Source: Rebecca billardiae RCC1528 (lineage: Eukaryota; Protista; Haptophyta). From it: a stretch of 64,000 nucleotides of DNA. Positions 61,116-64,000 of the stretch are shown here, one piece after another. The position numbers were made by a program, and so were the translations under genes. The stretch spans positions 1 through 64,000 of the forward strand of contig OZ251233.1 of assembly GCA_965240325.2 (NCBI GenBank), written 5' to 3'. Positions within the stretch are counted from its first letter, which is position 1, and each line of letters begins with the position of its first letter. The notes beneath the pieces are model-generated. The model was not told where the DNA came from. It saw only the letters and a program-made list of their open reading frames with translations, and did no database searches.

Positions 61116-61946
61116 TCAGTCGGTGAGATCGATGAGCGCCGGCGCGCTCGTCGCCGGCGCGCTCGGCTTGGCGCGCTTGGCGGCGTGCTGCTGCAGCGAC
61201 TCGCCCTCGGCCTCGGCGCGCGCGTGCGCGTCGGGCTGCGCGGACGCGCGCGGCTTCGCGAGCCCGAGCTCACGCAGCGCCCAGCGCTCCCGGTAGTGCA
61301 CCTTCTCGGTGGCGAACGGCCGCTCGTCGACGTCCCACATCTCGCATGCGCCGTGCAGCGCCTGCGCGGGGCCGAGCACCCGGCCCGGCGCGGTCGTGCT
61401 CGCGGGGCCCGACGCGTCGGCGGTGCCCGCGTGCCGCGCCGCGTCCTTGTTGGCCTGCAGGAAGCCGGAGCAGTCGTTCGGGTCGGCCGGGTTGTAGCTG
61501 ACGTACCCGGCGTCGTCGCAGTGGTACAGCCGCGCCTCGATGGAGCCGACGGGCGAGTCGAACGCCGCGCCGTTGGCGGCCGCGTCGTCCTTCTGCGGGA
61601 AGCGCGGCCAGCAGAAGAGGAGCTCGCGCCGCTTGCCGTCGATCGTGATGGTACTCCACTCGGTTTTCTGGGCCGGCCCGATGTACTCGTCGCAGATCCG
61701 CGCGCCGTCCACGTACAGCTCGAGCCAGCACGGCTTGGCGGTGCGGTTGGTTGCGAGCAGCGCGTACGGCGTGACCGGGTCGTTGCGCTCCTCGTCGCCG
61801 TACGGCGTGCGCTCGGTCGTGCGCCGGCGGTAGCTCACGGGCGTCTCGAGGTCCACCTCAACGTACCTGCGGCCGTTCGAGTGCGCGTACTGCGGCAGCA
61901 CGCGCCCGTTCACGCGGATGTCGAGGGTGAGGTCGGCGTCGCCCAT
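61116..61946 (-). CDS. Hypothetical beta-rich protein with NLS-like and C-terminal SUMO-interacting-like motifs
   Basis: 276-aa ORF with ATG and natural composition. AAKRAK lies near the end and the protein terminates ALIDLTD. Confidence 0.7.
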   Translation of the reverse strand: MGDADLTLDIRVNGRVLPQYAHSNGRRYVEVDLETPVSYRRRTTERTPYGDEERNDPVTPYALLATNRTAKPCWLELYVDGARICDEYIGPAQKTEWSTITIDGKRRELLFCWPRFPQKDDAAANGAAFDSPVGSIEARLYHCDDAGYVSYNPADPNDCSGFLQANKDAARHAGTADASGPASTTAPGRVLGPAQALHGACEMWDVDERPFATEKVHYRERWALRELGLAKPRASAQPDAHARAEAEGESLQQHAAKRAKPSAPATSAPALIDLTD

Positions 61947-62272
61947 CGCTCCGCCCCGGCTTTGACTGGGGCGGCCGTTGGCCGACGAGCAGCGGAGCGG
62001 TCCCGTTCGGGTTGGCCTTGGTCATCCATCCACTTCCAGTCACTCATCAGTCAGACGTCGTCAGTCTACGGCTACCTTAGTTACAGTTTACTAAGAATAG
62101 TATATATATATAGACGAATAAGAGACGCACACAGCTCAGGCAGGCGACTATTACTGTCATCACGTACGTCGTACTACTTGACGACTCCTGGCTGTGAGTC
62201 TCATCATCACCATCATCAGGAGCATCATGAGCAGTCGTGAGTCGTCGACTCACAGCATCAGTCAGCAAGACA

Positions 62273-62736
62273 TAGTGGGGTCAGAGCTCCGACCGTTACA
62301 CTCCCGAGTGACACAATCTCCCGAAATCTCGAAATATGAAATATCTCCTCAGTTTATAAGTGTTTGAGTCCGTTTAAGTTCGTTTAGGCTTAATTCCAGG
62401 GTGTAGAATCCGTCTGTGCCAATTTCAGACTGTCAGTGTCAAAATGTGATCTAGCAGGTGCGATTCTGGTGCAAATAGCGAGATCACCTTGGAGATCGTG
62501 TATCCCCCCTACTAATGTTGCCGAGATCGCGTCGAGACCGAGATCGTATATCTCCAGCAGTATGCATATGTGACATTTTTATTTCATTCGCAAAACTTGT
62601 CAGCGTGACCCCAGGTGCAGGTCATTTCAGGCCGGAATATTGATGCATGCATCCCGAAGTTTGAGAGCCTCATCTCAAGACGACAGAAAGTTGGATTTTG
62701 GGCCACACACGCCACAGTGGGGCTCTGGCCCCTCTA
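62273..62736. mobile_element. 464-bp AT-rich MITE (18-bp TIR with TAG/CTA ends, 9-bp TSD)
   Basis: AGCAAGACA|tagtggggtcagagctcc ... ggggctctggcccctcta|AGCAAGACA, with a 15/18 TIR match. Confidence 0.88.
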
Positions 62737-62751
62737 AGCAAGACAGCATTA

Positions 62752-64000
62752 TTAGCCCTCAGCCTGATTGGCAGCAGCAGTCGTCACCGCCGCCGCGGCG
62801 CGCCACTCTGTGCAGTGCGGCTTGTGCGTTTTCCACGCGCTCCGCAGGTGCTCGCGGCAGCAGAAGACCGCCACGAGGCACCGCTCGCACTTCTTCACGC
62901 CACGGCCTGACTTGGCGCACACCATGCAGCACGCAGCGGCCACCTCGCGATCTCCGGCATAGGCGCCGAACACCTTGCTCGGATCCACCACGGAGCCGTC
63001 AAGCTCGTGCCCGCAGCGCAGCAGCCGCACTGCCTCCGCCACGTCGCGCTGCACGGCCCCGCCTGCAAGTAGCAGGCGCGCCAATGCCGAGTGGGCTTCT
63101 GGCTGACCGCCGTCGATGGCCAGCCGGTACCAGCGCACCACCTCGGCCATATCCTGCGGCACGCCCTTGCCTTGTTCGTAGCACTCGCCCAGGTTGATCT
63201 GCGCATCTGCATAGCCCTGCTCGGCTGCCAGCCGGTACAAGCGCACCGCCTCAGCCCAGTCCTGCGGCACGCCCTTGCCATGTTCGTAGCACACGCCCAG
63301 GTTGATCTGCGCAGATGCCTCGCCCTGCTCGGCCGCCTGCCGGTACCAGCGCACCGCCTCGGCCCAGTCCTGCGGCACGCCCTCTCCTTCCTGGTAGCAC
63401 CAGCCCAGGTTGCTCTGCGCAATGGCATCGCCCTGCTCGGCCGCCCGCCGGTACCAGCGCACCGCCTCGGCCATATCCTGCGGCACGCCCTCGCCTTGTT
63501 TGTAGCACGCGCCCAGGTTTTTCTGCGCACCTGCATTGCCCTGCTCGGCCGCCCGCCGGAACCAGCGCACCGCCTCGGCCATATCCTGCGGCACGCCCTT
63601 GCCTTGTTTGTAGCACGCGCCCAGGTTGTTCTGCGCACCTGCATTGCCCTGCTCGGCCGCCCGCCGGTACCAGCGCACCGCCTCGGCCATATCCTGCGGC
63701 ACGCCCTTGCCTTGTTTGTAGCACGCGCCCAGGTTGTTCTGCGCAGCTGCATTGCCCTGCTCGGCCGCCAGACGGCACCAGCGCACCGCCTCGGCCATAT
63801 CCTGCGGCACGCCCTTGCCTTGTTCGTAGCACACGCCCAGGTTGCTCTGCGCACCTGCATCGCCCTGCTCGGCCGCCAGCCGGAACCATCGCACCGCCTC
63901 GGCCCAATTCGGCGTGGCCGCGTAGATCTGGCCCAAACGTTGCTGCGCTTGCGCAAACCCACGATTCGCAGCGAGGACGTAGAGGCGAACCGCCTCGTCG
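62752..64000 (-). CDS. SEL1-repeat protein with C-terminal MYND zinc finger (5' end beyond the window)
   Basis: About 10 SEL1 units (AQxNLGxCYxQGKGVPQDMAEAVRWYRRAAEQG, 108-bp period) and CMVC...KKCERCLVAVFCCREHLRSAWKTHKPHC. The frame is open to the window edge. Confidence 0.93.
   Translation of the reverse strand, partial: DEAVRLYVLAANRGFAQAQQRLGQIYAATPNWAEAVRWFRLAAEQGDAGAQSNLGVCYEQGKGVPQDMAEAVRWCRLAAEQGNAAAQNNLGACYKQGKGVPQDMAEAVRWYRRAAEQGNAGAQNNLGACYKQGKGVPQDMAEAVRWFRRAAEQGNAGAQKNLGACYKQGEGVPQDMAEAVRWYRRAAEQGDAIAQSNLGWCYQEGEGVPQDWAEAVRWYRQAAEQGEASAQINLGVCYEHGKGVPQDWAEAVRLYRLAAEQGYADAQINLGECYEQGKGVPQDMAEVVRWYRLAIDGGQPEAHSALARLLLAGGAVQRDVAEAVRLLRCGHELDGSVVDPSKVFGAYAGDREVAAACCMVCAKSGRGVKKCERCLVAVFCCREHLRSAWKTHKPHCTEWRAAAAVTTAAANQAEG

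Overview
This window is the left end of a very GC-rich eukaryotic chromosome. TTAGGG-type telomeres, short GC-rich GT-AG introns and Ala/Gly/Arg-rich proteins suggest an alga, possibly a haptophyte such as Pavlovales (inference only). Layout: (CCCTAA)n telomere at 1-1517; a 0.85-kb cap of inverted telomere-variant repeats with a duplicated ~140-bp hairpin core at 1548-2378; a ~15-kb satellite of about 74 monomers (179/193/204/206/210 bp) with higher-order structure at ~2650-17700; a mosaic of degenerate duplicated subtelomeric blocks with TIR insertions at 18-29.5 kb; and a gene-dense block at 29.9-48.3 kb. That block holds a PA-domain/7TM/TIR-HET-like receptor, a sulfotransferase-like gene, a GcvH-like gene, an LRR gene, an ERICH2-like gene, a folate-biopterin transporter, a fucosyltransferase-like gene, an ankyrin-CaaX gene and a giant DPF/NPF-UIM-LIM coiled-coil gene. 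Beyond 48.4 kb are microsatellites and several non-autonomous TIR transposons (some nested), interleaved with a divergent methyltransferase/JmjC pair, a SIM-tailed hypothetical gene and a SEL1-MYND gene running off the window. Most ORFs in the supplied track are artefacts of repeats and high GC. The most novel candidates are the spliced PA-7TM-TIR/HET-like receptor and the fold-back telomere cap. All domain calls come from motif recognition by eye, not database searches.
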